Positions 1-8,969 of a stretch of DNA of 32,000 nt are shown here, in pieces. The stretch comes from Saccharolobus solfataricus (GTDB taxonomy: Archaea; Thermoproteota; Thermoprotei_A; Sulfolobales; Sulfolobaceae). The notes beneath the pieces are model-generated. The model did no database searches, was not told where the DNA came from, and saw only the letters and a list, made by a program, of their open reading frames with translations. The translations under genes were made by a program, and so were the position numbers. Every line of letters starts with the position of its first letter. Position 1 is the first letter of the stretch. The stretch spans positions 3,000,001-3,032,000 of the forward strand of contig NZ_LT549890.1 in assembly GCF_900079115.1 (NCBI RefSeq), read 5' to 3'.

Positions 1-346
1 GGATTCTCAAGTTCCTGCTTGCAGTATTGCCTTTCTCAGTATATGGACTCCTCCCCGCAATAACTAAAAGTGGTATTCTGGAAGTGAACGCACTCATAAT
101 ACCTCCCAATGCGTTTGCCGTTCCAGGTGTAGTGTGAACTGCAACAGCACTTAGCTTATTGCCTAGTGCGTAACCTATTGCAGTTGATATAGCAGTAATC
201 TCATGAGGTACTATTTCAAATTCTGGTAAACTGGAATCTTCGACCTTAGCCTCTATTAATGAAGCGTAATCCGTACCAGATACTATAAATATTTTATTTA
301 CCCCGCTTTCTTTAAGAAGAGATAAAAATAGCCTTCCGGCATTCAT
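1..346 (-). CDS. Thiamine-diphosphate-dependent enzyme (acetolactate-synthase-large-subunit-like), N-terminal part only; runs off the window edge
   Basis: My own minus-strand translation from the ATG at 346 gives MNAGRLFLSLLKESGVNKIFIVSGTDYASLIEAKVEDSSLPEFEIVPHEITAISTAIGYALGNKLSAVAVHTTPGTANALGGIMSAFTSRIPLLVIAGRSP... This shows the HE..A...A.GYA and TPG..N.......A....P.L.I.G pattern of the ThDP pyrimidine-binding domain. The ORF track omits it because it is truncated. Confidence 0.6.
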   Translation of the reverse strand, partial: MNAGRLFLSLLKESGVNKIFIVSGTDYASLIEAKVEDSSLPEFEIVPHEITAISTAIGYALGNKLSAVAVHTTPGTANALGGIMSAFTSRIPLLVIAGRSPYTEKGNTASRNLRI

Positions 347-467
347 AACTAAATATTTTATCATGAATATAAAATACTACCTTTCCTCCCGAAGAAAATA
401 TTAAAGATCGATAATTTATTGTATTACGAAAAACGAATAGTGAGTATTGTTACTTTAAGAAACTAGG

Positions 468-480
468 AAAAATTAATATA
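468..480 (+). promoter_or_regulatory. TATA-like box for the aminotransferase gene (leaderless arrangement)
   Basis: The sequence aaaaattaatata is centred about 28 nt upstream of the ATG at 503. That spacing is typical of Sulfolobales leaderless transcripts. The call rests on sequence pattern only. Confidence 0.35.
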
Positions 481-502
481 CTATAAGTTCGAAATTAAAA
501 CG

Positions 503-1759
503 ATGAGCAAGAAAGTAGATGAGTTGATAAAAGAGGATCAAGAATATTTGATGCAATCCTTTAGGAGATGGTATCCATTTGTAATAGATCACGGTTTTGG
601 GGCAATAGTTTACGATATTGAAGGAAACGAGTACATTGATTTTAACGCGGGAATAGGAGTAGTTGCATTAGGCCACAAAAACGAGAAGATCATTAATGCA
701 GTAAAGGAGCAAATGGACAAGTTTTTCCATTATAGTCTTACAGATTTCTACTATGAAGTTGCGATAGAAGTAGCGAAAAGATTATCCTCCTTAATGCCAT
801 TCTCAGCTAAGGTATTTTATGCTAACAGTGGTACTGAGAGTGTTGAAGCAGCAATAAAGATAGCTAGAGGGCATACAGGGAGACAATGGATTATAGGTTT
901 CATTAATTCCTTTCATGGAAGAACCTTAGGCTCCTTAGCCTTTACCTCAAGTAAAGCTATCCAAAGGAAATCGTTCTCTCCCCTTTTACCATCAACATAT
1001 TTAATCCCATATCCAGATAGGAGAGACCCACTATGTAAAGAAGAGTGTACTGAAGAGTTGTTAGGATTTATAGAAGACTGGGTTTTCAAGAAGGTAGTCG
1101 ATCCCAATGAAGTAGCTGCTTTTATTGCTGAGCCAATACAAGGAGAAGGTGGGGTTATAGTACCTCCTAAGGATTTCTTTTATAAATTGAATAATTTACT
1201 TAAGAAATTTGGAATCTTACTTATCCTTGATGAAGTACAGACTGGAATCGGAAGAACTGGGAAAATGTTCGCATTTGAGCATTTCAATGTAACGCCAGAT
1301 TTAGTATGTTTAGCTAAGGCATTAGGTGGAGGACTTCCACTGGGTGCAGTTGTTGGAAGAAAGGAGATTATGGATTTGCCTCCGGGTTCTCATGCTAACA
1401 CTTTTGGGGGAAATCCATTAGCATTGGCTGCAGCGAATGTTATTTTAGAAGAGGTTCCGAAGCTATTAGACCATGTAAGCAGTATAGGCAAGAAAATTAT
1501 CGAGGAACTAACAGATACTAGATCACCTTACTTATATGATGTCAGAGGATTAGGTCTTCTCATAGGTGCTGAGTTAAGAAAAAATGATAAACCATTTGTA
1601 GAAGGTCTAGAAAAAGTATTATATAATTCTTTCAGAAGAGGAGTATTGGCAATAGGAGCTGGAGAATCGGTAGTTAGAATAGAACCTCCGCTAATAATAA
1701 GTGAAGAGTTGGCCATGAAAGGTACTAAAATATTAAAGGAAGAAATAGAAAAACTTTAA
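503..1759 (+). CDS. Class III PLP-dependent aminotransferase (4-aminobutyrate/ornithine/acetylornithine aminotransferase family)
   Basis: The 418-aa ORF carries family hallmarks: GTESVEAAIKIAR, the DEVQTGIGRTGKMFAFEH motif, and LAKALGGGLPLGA holding the PLP lysine. Substrate cannot be assigned from sequence alone. Confidence 0.85.
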   Translation: MSKKVDELIKEDQEYLMQSFRRWYPFVIDHGFGAIVYDIEGNEYIDFNAGIGVVALGHKNEKIINAVKEQMDKFFHYSLTDFYYEVAIEVAKRLSSLMPFSAKVFYANSGTESVEAAIKIARGHTGRQWIIGFINSFHGRTLGSLAFTSSKAIQRKSFSPLLPSTYLIPYPDRRDPLCKEECTEELLGFIEDWVFKKVVDPNEVAAFIAEPIQGEGGVIVPPKDFFYKLNNLLKKFGILLILDEVQTGIGRTGKMFAFEHFNVTPDLVCLAKALGGGLPLGAVVGRKEIMDLPPGSHANTFGGNPLALAAANVILEEVPKLLDHVSSIGKKIIEELTDTRSPYLYDVRGLGLLIGAELRKNDKPFVEGLEKVLYNSFRRGVLAIGAGESVVRIEPPLIISEELAMKGTKILKEEIEKL

Positions 1760-2148
1760 CTTTTCTTTTCTACAAAGATTAGTATTAACGATAATACTAT
1801 TAGGATGACATCGAGAGCTAAGGAGATATCTACATAATAATTAAATGGAAGTTTCTTTCCTACAAGTAATGCTGGTCCTAATCTGGTCTCACTAAGCAAT
1901 GTTAAGTCTATGGCATAGAATGCAGTAATTAACGGATAGCTATACTTTATTCCTTGAATAGCTAAGACCGCAGCTATTATAGCTAATGCTGACGTAAACC
2001 CGAAGAACGTATCGTAAACCATCGTTGCAGTTGGATTAGGTAGTACTGCGTGTGTTAGTACCATGTGAACTCCAGCCCACAATGCAGATGACATTGCCGT
2101 TATCCATCTTAATATCAACCTTGCAATTCCGACTTCTTTTTCAGCCAT
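1756..2148 (-). CDS. Small polytopic membrane protein (about 4 TM), unknown function
   Basis: The ORF track gives 1756..2190. The first 14 codons overlap a tttatatta TATA-like box, so the ATG at 2148 (MAEKEVGIARL...) is the more likely leaderless start. The rest of the protein is hydrophobic helices. I recognise no family. Confidence 0.45.
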   Translation of the reverse strand: MAEKEVGIARLILRWITAMSSALWAGVHMVLTHAVLPNPTATMVYDTFFGFTSALAIIAAVLAIQGIKYSYPLITAFYAIDLTLLSETRLGPALLVGKKLPFNYYVDISLALDVILIVLSLILIFVEKKS

Positions 2149-2273
2149 GAGTACATTTTTCCGCAATAATATAAATAGAATTTTTCCCAAATCGATTATT
2201 GTTTTGAAACATATCAGACATTAATCAAACCCCTAAAAGAGATTTTTAAGGTATGAAATCACTTATGTAAATA

Positions 2274-3059
2274 ATGATAGTAACTTACCTTTCGGCACTT
2301 GAGACAATATTGGCTGGAACAACGATAGTTTTTGGTGGAATAGTAGAAGGTTATGGATATGGTTTATCGCTAGGAACTAATTGGCCCTATACTAATGATA
2401 TCATGCAACTGGCTGCTAAAAAAGATCCCGAGGCAATACACAGAATTTTAGCTACACTAGTTGGAATCTTTTCTCTAGTCATATTAATAATTCATCCTAC
2501 CCTTATATCAATAATTGGGTTTGTGTCCGTAGTTTTCACAGCACTTTTAGGTATGGCGACACTATACGTACTAGCTGGAAAATTACCTTCAGTATTCCAA
2601 GGCTTGCATGATATAGCAGCTTATACAACTTTCGTCTCTTACTTCCTCATTATGTTACAAGGATTAGGAATATTTAAGATAGATATAGTGTCATTTCTGA
2701 TTAGCGCAATAGTTCCTCCACACTTTTTATACTTCGTCATCTTTATGGGAGGTGTAGTAACTGGAACTAGAAGAATGAAATTAAAGATAGGTAGGCCATG
2801 GGAAAGAGATAAGGAGAGAAATTCGTGGCTGCAAGCTGCTTGGACAATTCACGGTATAGTAGCCCTAATCTTTATAATTGCTGTTGTTCTCCTACATTAC
2901 TGGTTAACATTAATTTTCACAGCTTTAGAAATAATTGTCGGATTATGGGTATGGGATTCCAGCAACAGAAATCCGTTAAAACCAGGTATGTCCATTGGAT
3001 TGCATCAACTATTCTCAATCCTTGTCGTAGTAGCAATAATATTGAATAGTATCAGTTGA
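2274..3059 (+). CDS. 8-TM membrane protein, tentatively heme A synthase-like (CtaA/COX15-type)
   Basis: There are eight predicted helices with one His in each even-numbered helix: IHRILA (TM2), GLHDIAAY (TM4), TIHGIVA (TM6), GLHQLFS (TM8). This is a two-fold internal repeat resembling the His pattern of CtaA. The assignment rests on this pattern only. Confidence 0.4.
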   Translation: MIVTYLSALETILAGTTIVFGGIVEGYGYGLSLGTNWPYTNDIMQLAAKKDPEAIHRILATLVGIFSLVILIIHPTLISIIGFVSVVFTALLGMATLYVLAGKLPSVFQGLHDIAAYTTFVSYFLIMLQGLGIFKIDIVSFLISAIVPPHFLYFVIFMGGVVTGTRRMKLKIGRPWERDKERNSWLQAAWTIHGIVALIFIIAVVLLHYWLTLIFTALEIIVGLWVWDSSNRNPLKPGMSIGLHQLFSILVVVAIILNSIS

Positions 3060-3074
3060 GGTGCATTAATTCAC

Positions 3075-5387
3075 CTAATCATATTGTTGTGAATTCATCA
3101 CATCCTTTAACGTTAAACCTACCTTACTATCAGCGGTTAAGTTATAATATTTTTTCATTAACTTTGATATAGCAGAATATATTAATTCGTATATATGTGT
3201 TCTATTACTACTAAGCACAGTAGATACATAACTCCATGGCTTACCTTGAAGAACTTTAGCTATTAATACTAATTCCTCATCCTGAGTCAAACTCCAATCT
3301 CTTTCTCCATCCCAGAAATACTTTAGCGTTAACATGTGTATTCCATCAGCTGAGGATTCATATGGACTTACGCCTTGAAGAAATGATATGGTTTTGTCTA
3401 ATATTATTGGACTTACATTAATGGTTTTACTAACTATCTTAGTGCTTGTCAACATTAGCCTAACTACTTCAGGGTTCATATTAAAGTATACGTCGTGTAA
3501 AGTATTAAGAAGTTTCTCTTTTAACATATATGCGGATATTTTTACAATTTTTGTTGCAATATCACTTATAGGTCTAATAACAACAACTGGATAGTCGCCT
3601 AATTTTTCATTTTTCTTTGGTGATATATGAACTGGAATAAAGCCGTTCTTTATCCAGAAATTTAAAACTTTTTGATCAGACATAAAAGAAGAACCAACCC
3701 AGTCCACTCCTTTATCCCTAGCCTCTTCGTATATCATTTTCAATAGCTCACTACCAAATCCCTTATCTTGAAGTTCTGGAGCCACTGCAATTCTAACTAT
3801 CCTCCACCCACGTAGCTTAGCAAAGTCCTTAATCCTAACGTGCTTTATAATTCTGTCCGGTATTAGATCACCATCAAACGTACCACCTTTTAAGGCAATA
3901 TCTACCATATTATCAGAAAGTTCACCCTCTTCGGCTATTTGACAAGCGGCAATGTACGAATTCTCCCCAATACGTATGGCCTTTATCTTATGATGAATAC
4001 CATCTAACATAATCATTAAATCATCTGGATTATTTTTGTAGTGGGCTGTTACCATTATTCCATAAATAGCTCTCAGTCTGTTATCATCATTAGCCAGTTC
4101 AGATTTATCCACATCTTCGTAAATCATAGTATCATTAAGATACTGTGGCTCTGAAGGTTCTGCGTCAAGCAACAACGCATCATAGAGCCATTTTTCTATA
4201 GGGTCTCCCTTCGCATATCTTAAAGGTTGTTCCATATTTACCCATTTGACCCTAATCCTTTTACTTTCAATTAGTCTTCTTAAATATCTAAGAAATGCCT
4301 TATTAGAACCTTCATATCCATGTACCGTAGTTACTAGTGCTACCTTTTTCCATGCCCTCAATGCTAAGTCTATGTAATTAATACCCAAGGCTGCGGCCTC
4401 GTCTATGATTAAAAGTTCACCCTCATCTTCTATGGCAGCATCAGGCGGAACATACTCCAACTTGAAATAGTCGCCTCTTAAACTCTTTATATGTCCAGTA
4501 TCACTAACTTTTACCGAAAGTTCCTCGCCTAAAGCTTCTAAACCTAATTTTGCGAAAGACATTACTTGAGATGCACTGGCTATTGAGGGTGCAGTAACTA
4601 TTATTCTAATACTCTTCTCTTTTCTTTCCCTAAGTTTCTCTATTAACCCCGCTATAGATAGTCCGGTAGCTGCGCTTTTTCCTCTACCCCTAGCAGCTGT
4701 TAAAACTAAGGCTCTTTGTCCTCCACTTAATAGATAAGTGAAACTCTCTATAACTCTGTTTTGATCCTCACTTAGCGATAATTCATGAATTTCTTTTGGC
4801 ATTAATGGGTTTCTTGGGACTTTCTTCTCTGCCTTTGGCATTGTGTTACCAGAAAACGGCTTAGGAATATACTCGTTAACGTCAATGATAAATATCCCTT
4901 CATGCTCATACAATTTTCTTTTAAACCTTTTCTCATATTCATCTAAAATTAAACCATTCCTCATTATTGAAGTTCTAAAAGTCTTATCCTTAATTAGATT
5001 ATTTGTATAAATTATTATCAAACCCCCACCTCTAGCTAGATCAACGAGTCTACCTATATTAATTGGTTGAAAATTATCTACAGTGTCCAATATGACTAAA
5101 TCATAAGTGTTACCTAAGTAGTATTCAGCATTGGCGTAATCAATATCGTCAAATTTGGAGAAATATTCTTTTATAGTTCTCATTCTCTCTTTAGAACCAC
5201 TTGCCCAAGGTACGAAACCATACGCTACTGAAGGATTTGATTTGAAGTTAAGAAATAGACTTATAATTTCCTTAACGTGATCAAAGTAGTCATCCCTCTC
5301 TATGTAAATCAAGTTCCTATAATATCTAGTATTACCATCCTCTAATGCCTTTCTTATTTGATCATAAAACTGCTCTTTATTTACCAT
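3075..5387 (-). CDS. tmcA: tRNA(Met) cytidine acetyltransferase TmcA (archaeal Nat10/Kre33 homologue)
   Basis: The 770-aa ORF has the expected architecture. An N-terminal DUF1726-like region is followed by a RecD-type helicase core with Walker A (AARGRGKSAATG) and LIIDEAAA. A GNAT domain (IVRIAVAPELQDKGFGSELL) and a C-terminal tRNA-binding-like region complete it. Confidence 0.85.
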   Translation of the reverse strand: MVNKEQFYDQIRKALEDGNTRYYRNLIYIERDDYFDHVKEIISLFLNFKSNPSVAYGFVPWASGSKERMRTIKEYFSKFDDIDYANAEYYLGNTYDLVILDTVDNFQPINIGRLVDLARGGGLIIIYTNNLIKDKTFRTSIMRNGLILDEYEKRFKRKLYEHEGIFIIDVNEYIPKPFSGNTMPKAEKKVPRNPLMPKEIHELSLSEDQNRVIESFTYLLSGGQRALVLTAARGRGKSAATGLSIAGLIEKLRERKEKSIRIIVTAPSIASASQVMSFAKLGLEALGEELSVKVSDTGHIKSLRGDYFKLEYVPPDAAIEDEGELLIIDEAAALGINYIDLALRAWKKVALVTTVHGYEGSNKAFLRYLRRLIESKRIRVKWVNMEQPLRYAKGDPIEKWLYDALLLDAEPSEPQYLNDTMIYEDVDKSELANDDNRLRAIYGIMVTAHYKNNPDDLMIMLDGIHHKIKAIRIGENSYIAACQIAEEGELSDNMVDIALKGGTFDGDLIPDRIIKHVRIKDFAKLRGWRIVRIAVAPELQDKGFGSELLKMIYEEARDKGVDWVGSSFMSDQKVLNFWIKNGFIPVHISPKKNEKLGDYPVVVIRPISDIATKIVKISAYMLKEKLLNTLHDVYFNMNPEVVRLMLTSTKIVSKTINVSPIILDKTISFLQGVSPYESSADGIHMLTLKYFWDGERDWSLTQDEELVLIAKVLQGKPWSYVSTVLSSNRTHIYELIYSAISKLMKKYYNLTADSKVGLTLKDVMNSQQYD

Positions 5388-5390
5388 TGC

Positions 5391-5642
5391 TTACAATTTA
5401 TACTTCTTCTTTAAAGCTTCTTCTATATCTATACCTTCTAAGTTAGCTATGGATACTGTCCAAGCTATGACATCCGCCAATTCCTCTTGGATAGAATCTA
5501 AATTATTGGAAAGAAGTGCTTCAGCTAACTCTCCTACTTCTTCTACTAGCCAAGTAAATGTAGCATAAATACCCCTTTGCGAGTCTTTCTCGAAATACAT
5601 TTCCTTCATTTTTGACTGTAGTTCCTTAAGTTCCAAGTCCAA
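5391..5642 (-). CDS. Small MazG-type nucleoside triphosphate pyrophosphohydrolase
   Basis: The 83-aa ORF shows the all-alpha MazG signature EEVGELAEAL ... EELADVIAW. Its stop lies 3 nt before the tmcA start. Confidence 0.75.
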   Translation of the reverse strand: MDLELKELQSKMKEMYFEKDSQRGIYATFTWLVEEVGELAEALLSNNLDSIQEELADVIAWTVSIANLEGIDIEEALKKKYKL

Positions 5643-6015
5643 TTTCCCTCCGCATCACTCTTATCTCGTTATCAGAAAAAGTTATCCTTAGCTTAATTTC
5701 CACATTAAAGCTATGATTAACGAAATATATGTCAATCCATTTCTTATGTGAAACATTTTCAACAAATTTAGCATCTACTCCATATTCAACGGTTAATGGA
5801 TTTGAAGGGTCGTCCATGATTATATGTCTAAAAATTACCTCTCTACCTTCCCTATCTATTTCAAATAGTACTTCGACGTTCGCATTTTTAGGATAGTCTT
5901 CACTCATACATACTACTGAATCATTACAGCACGTTAGACATAGGCCATCACTTAGATTATTCCTAACTTCTGCCGGAAATTCCATGATAGTGATAAATAT
6001 TTTATGCTCAACCAA
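5626..6015 (-). CDS. Hypothetical Cys-rich protein, co-oriented with and overlapping the MazG gene
   Basis: The 129-aa ORF starts at a TTG. The ATG at 5985 (MEFPAEV...) is a more plausible start. The protein contains CLTCCNDSVVC and I recognise no family. It overlaps the downstream MazG ORF by 17 nt. Confidence 0.4.
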   Translation of the reverse strand: MVEHKIFITIMEFPAEVRNNLSDGLCLTCCNDSVVCMSEDYPKNANVEVLFEIDREGREVIFRHIIMDDPSNPLTVEYGVDAKFVENVSHKKWIDIYFVNHSFNVEIKLRITFSDNEIRVMRREIGLGT

Positions 6016-6028
6016 CTATTAAATAATT

Positions 6029-7465
6029 ATGCCTTCAGCAGTAGGTAAAAAAGTTGTCACAACGCAAAATTACATAGCAAGTTACGTTGGAGCTAAGGTT
6101 TTAGAAGAAGGGGGAAATGCGTTTGACGCTGCTATCGCAATAAGTGCTACCTTATCTGTAGTGATACCGCATACCAGTGGCCTTGGAGGTGATGGATTTC
6201 TATTAGCGAAAACACCGGAGGGTTTAATTGCTTATAATGCATCTGGCTGGGCTCCTAAGGAGTTGAAAGTAGACAAAATAAACAGTGATAGAGGTCCGCT
6301 TACTGTGGTTGTCCCTGGGTTAGTAGATCTATGGGAATTCATTTATGAAAACTACGCCTCAAAATCACTACATGAATTGCTTATTCCTGCGATTTCATTA
6401 GCGACCAATGGGTTTATGGTGGGAAGAGGATTACACCACGCAATAATAAGTTCGTTTAAATTATCTGATGATTGGAATAGGGTTTATGGAAGCAAAAGAT
6501 TTGGTGATGAAATAAAGCTCAGGGGAATTGCTAAGGTCTTGAAGGAGATTTCAAAAGACCCTAGAAGTTTCTATGAAGGAAAGATCGCAGAGGAGTTAAC
6601 CAAAGGATTAAGAGAAAGGGGAGTACCAGTGAGTTATGAAGATTTTAGTGAATTTCACGGTGAGATTATAAATCCAATAAAAATGAAGTATAAGGATTTT
6701 ATGCTATATGAGTTACCACCAAATACACAAGGACTTACTACACTAGAATTACTTAAAATGATTGAAGTAACTGAAATAAACAAATTGCCCTTCAACGACG
6801 TGAGGAGAGTAAATGATCACGTGCGATTAAGTGCACTAGCTTATGCTGATAGAAATAACTATATAGCTGATCCAAGATTTGTAAACGTGCCCGTAGAAAT
6901 GTTATTATCGGAGAAGTATATTGCAAATAAGATAGCTGAATATGGATTCGAGGTAAAAGTAAACGTTACTGGAGATACAACGTTTTTCGCTGTTGCTGAT
7001 GGCGAAAATGAAATTGGATTTATACAAAGTCTATTTTATCCCTTTGGCTCTGGGATAGTGGTAAACGATATACCGTTTAACAATAGAGGTGCAGGATTTT
7101 CTGAAGGAAATAATAAACCAGAACCTAGGAAGAGACCCTTACACACACTTTCTATACTAATGGCCGAGAAGGACGATGAGAGAATCTTTATAGGTTGTGC
7201 TGGTGGAGATCTGAGACCACAAATCCATGCTGAAGTATTTGAGTATTATGCCGATTATAACATGGAAATTGATGAAGCAGTTCAAGCTCCTAGGTTCATG
7301 TATTTGGGAAATAAGGTTATTGCCGAAAAGAGACTCGGTGTACCTGCTACACAAACAGACTATTATTCGCCTGAGGTGGGAATAGTGCAAGCCCTAAAGT
7401 ATAAGAAAGGAAGATATATCGGAGTTGCTGACATTAGAAGTGAAGGCATAGTATTACCTATTTAG
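6029..7465 (+). CDS. ggt: Gamma-glutamyltranspeptidase family (Ntn hydrolase)
   Basis: The 478-aa ORF has GGNAFDAAIA and SGLGGDGF motifs near the N-terminus. The GDTTFFAVAD segment holds the autoprocessing/nucleophile Thr, and a GGDLRPQ-type C-terminal motif is present. Confidence 0.85.
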   Translation: MPSAVGKKVVTTQNYIASYVGAKVLEEGGNAFDAAIAISATLSVVIPHTSGLGGDGFLLAKTPEGLIAYNASGWAPKELKVDKINSDRGPLTVVVPGLVDLWEFIYENYASKSLHELLIPAISLATNGFMVGRGLHHAIISSFKLSDDWNRVYGSKRFGDEIKLRGIAKVLKEISKDPRSFYEGKIAEELTKGLRERGVPVSYEDFSEFHGEIINPIKMKYKDFMLYELPPNTQGLTTLELLKMIEVTEINKLPFNDVRRVNDHVRLSALAYADRNNYIADPRFVNVPVEMLLSEKYIANKIAEYGFEVKVNVTGDTTFFAVADGENEIGFIQSLFYPFGSGIVVNDIPFNNRGAGFSEGNNKPEPRKRPLHTLSILMAEKDDERIFIGCAGGDLRPQIHAEVFEYYADYNMEIDEAVQAPRFMYLGNKVIAEKRLGVPATQTDYYSPEVGIVQALKYKKGRYIGVADIRSEGIVLPI

Positions 7466-7482
7466 TTATTTTCCTTTGGATC

Positions 7483-7616
7483 TGCTTTGTTGATCCAACT
7501 GGATATCTTTTCACAGAACTGAACTACTATTTTCCTTCAATTAATATTCAAGGTGTACAATTTTGGCCTGTAATGCCTATTAACTCTCTGTGAAAACTCA
7601 ACAGGTCCACAAAGTA
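7483..7616. mobile_element. MITE sharing the termini of the ISC1058-like IS in this window (SM3-like)
   Basis: The 134-bp non-coding element begins tgctttgttgat and ends tccacaaagta. The first 11-12 nt at each end match the IS IRs at 11386 and 12443 with one mismatch. It is flanked by the 9-mers ctttggatc (7474-7482) and ccttggatt (7617-7625), which are 7/9 identical. Confidence 0.6.
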
Positions 7617-7632
7617 CCTTGGATTATGAAGT

Positions 7633-7677
7633 CTGTGAGCTACCCCCTCATAAATGAGGGAGCTTCCTGCTTCACAG
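7633..7677 (-). repeat. Imperfect subterminal hairpin at the tnpB-distal (right) end of the IS605-like element
   Basis: In the sequence ctgtgagctaccccctcataaatgagggagcttcctgcttcacag, ctgtga pairs with tcacag, gct with agc, and ccctcat with atgaggg. The hairpin overlaps the tnpB stop codon. Confidence 0.5.
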
Positions 7678-8940
7678 CCCCACCTTGCCAGAGTACTGGT
7701 AGAGGGCGGAGCTCCACACTAAGGGTCGCTCCGACCCCGCACCCTTCAAAATGTTAAGAGAAGCATTATAGTCACGATCTGCAATCCAACCACAGTTGGG
7801 ACAAACGAAAACACGATCAGATAGAGACAAGTCATTTTTCACATACCCGCACCTAGCACAAGTTTTGGAAGTGTATGCAGGATTAACTAGGATGAGTTTC
7901 TTTCCGTATTTTTCCAGCTGATACTTCAGCACATCCCTCAACTCACCAAATCCCACATCACTCAGCCTCCTCCTCAGAGACCTCAAGGACTTACCCACAA
8001 GTTGTTTAGCGTGAATACCCTCCATCACCACAACGTCATAATGCTCAGCAAACCACTTACCCAACTTCATGTAAAGATCCGTTCTTAGATTCTTCAAATA
8101 CTCATAAGCCCTAGCAAGCTTAACCTTAGCCTTAAACCAATTATTAGAGAGGAACTTCTTCCTTGAAAGCTCCCTATGAAGATGCTTCACTTTCCATAAA
8201 GCTTTCTCGTAAGGTCTCAAATTAGGAAAATACTCACCATCTGACGTTACTAACAACTTTTCTACACCAACATCTATCGCCACTACCTTACCAGTGTTAG
8301 GTAACTTGGGGAATTCGTGATCAACTACGAAAGTGATGTATATCCTCTCAGATCTTGTTAGCTTCACTACCACCCTCTTTACTTTGTCAAGGGGAAAGTC
8401 TCGGTGAACTATTACCTTGAACGTACCAAGATTTGATAGTTTAAGCGTTATTAGTTTCTTCTTGCTTCCTTTTCTTATTTCTCTAACGTTAGTGCTTTCA
8501 GAAAGTTTATGGCTTTAGGCAAAGGATATACCACTAAATCATAGTCTAAGAACTTTTCCAAAATACTAGTGAAGTATTTTCCAACCGCTTTGCGTATAGA
8601 CAAGGGAGTAGTATTTATGAGGTTTCTTTTCTTTTGGGAAACGTGCTAAACCTTCAAAAAAACCTCTGTCTAGCTTCGTAGTAACGGTCAGCTACTTGTT
8701 GAACCACTTGCGAGTAGAGTTGCTTATACTCATCATCTTGTTTTCTCAGATCTAGAGCCAACTGTCTTAACTCAGTCTGCGTAAGTCCTTTCCCATCCCT
8801 TTGGTAAAAGTATATGTCTGCCCACCTTAAGGTGTTGTAGATTTTGCACGCTAACTTCAACTGGGCTTTTAACGCCCTAAGGGTTTGTTCGTCAGTGTAT
8901 GCACGGAAGCGAAACCCTAAGGTGGGTATTGATGTGTATT
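7672..8940 (-). pseudogene. tnpB: tnpB (IS605 OrfB / RNA-guided nuclease family), disrupted
   Basis: The C-terminal ORF 7672..8373 keeps RuvC D/E/D motifs ([24 protein letters not shown]) and the zinc finger CARCG...CPNCG. The N-terminal part (..[13 protein letters not shown]..., 8654..8860) stops at UGA after a U7 run. A +1 shift restores [28 protein letters not shown]. Three further in-frame stops follow at 8566-8568, 8539-8541 and 8515-8517. No in-frame start precedes TLGF. Confidence 0.75.
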
Positions 8941-8969
8941 TTGTTATTTTCCTATTTTTAACTTTTCTA

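Noticed and set aside
913-1716. Short antisense ORFs within the class III aminotransferase gene (913..1107, 1528..1716)
   Set aside because: They are shadow ORFs. The same reasoning applies to 2825..3049, 3388..3594, 7157..7390, 15069..15254, 15549..15746, 18875..19066, 21421..21606, 21960..22157 and 29711..29899.
8654-8665. Programmed prfB-like +1 frameshift at UUU-UUU-UGA in tnpB
   Set aside because: The +1 frame does restore conserved sequence. However, three further in-frame stops lie within the next roughly 50 codons and no in-frame start exists upstream. Decay or a homopolymer error is the simpler explanation.
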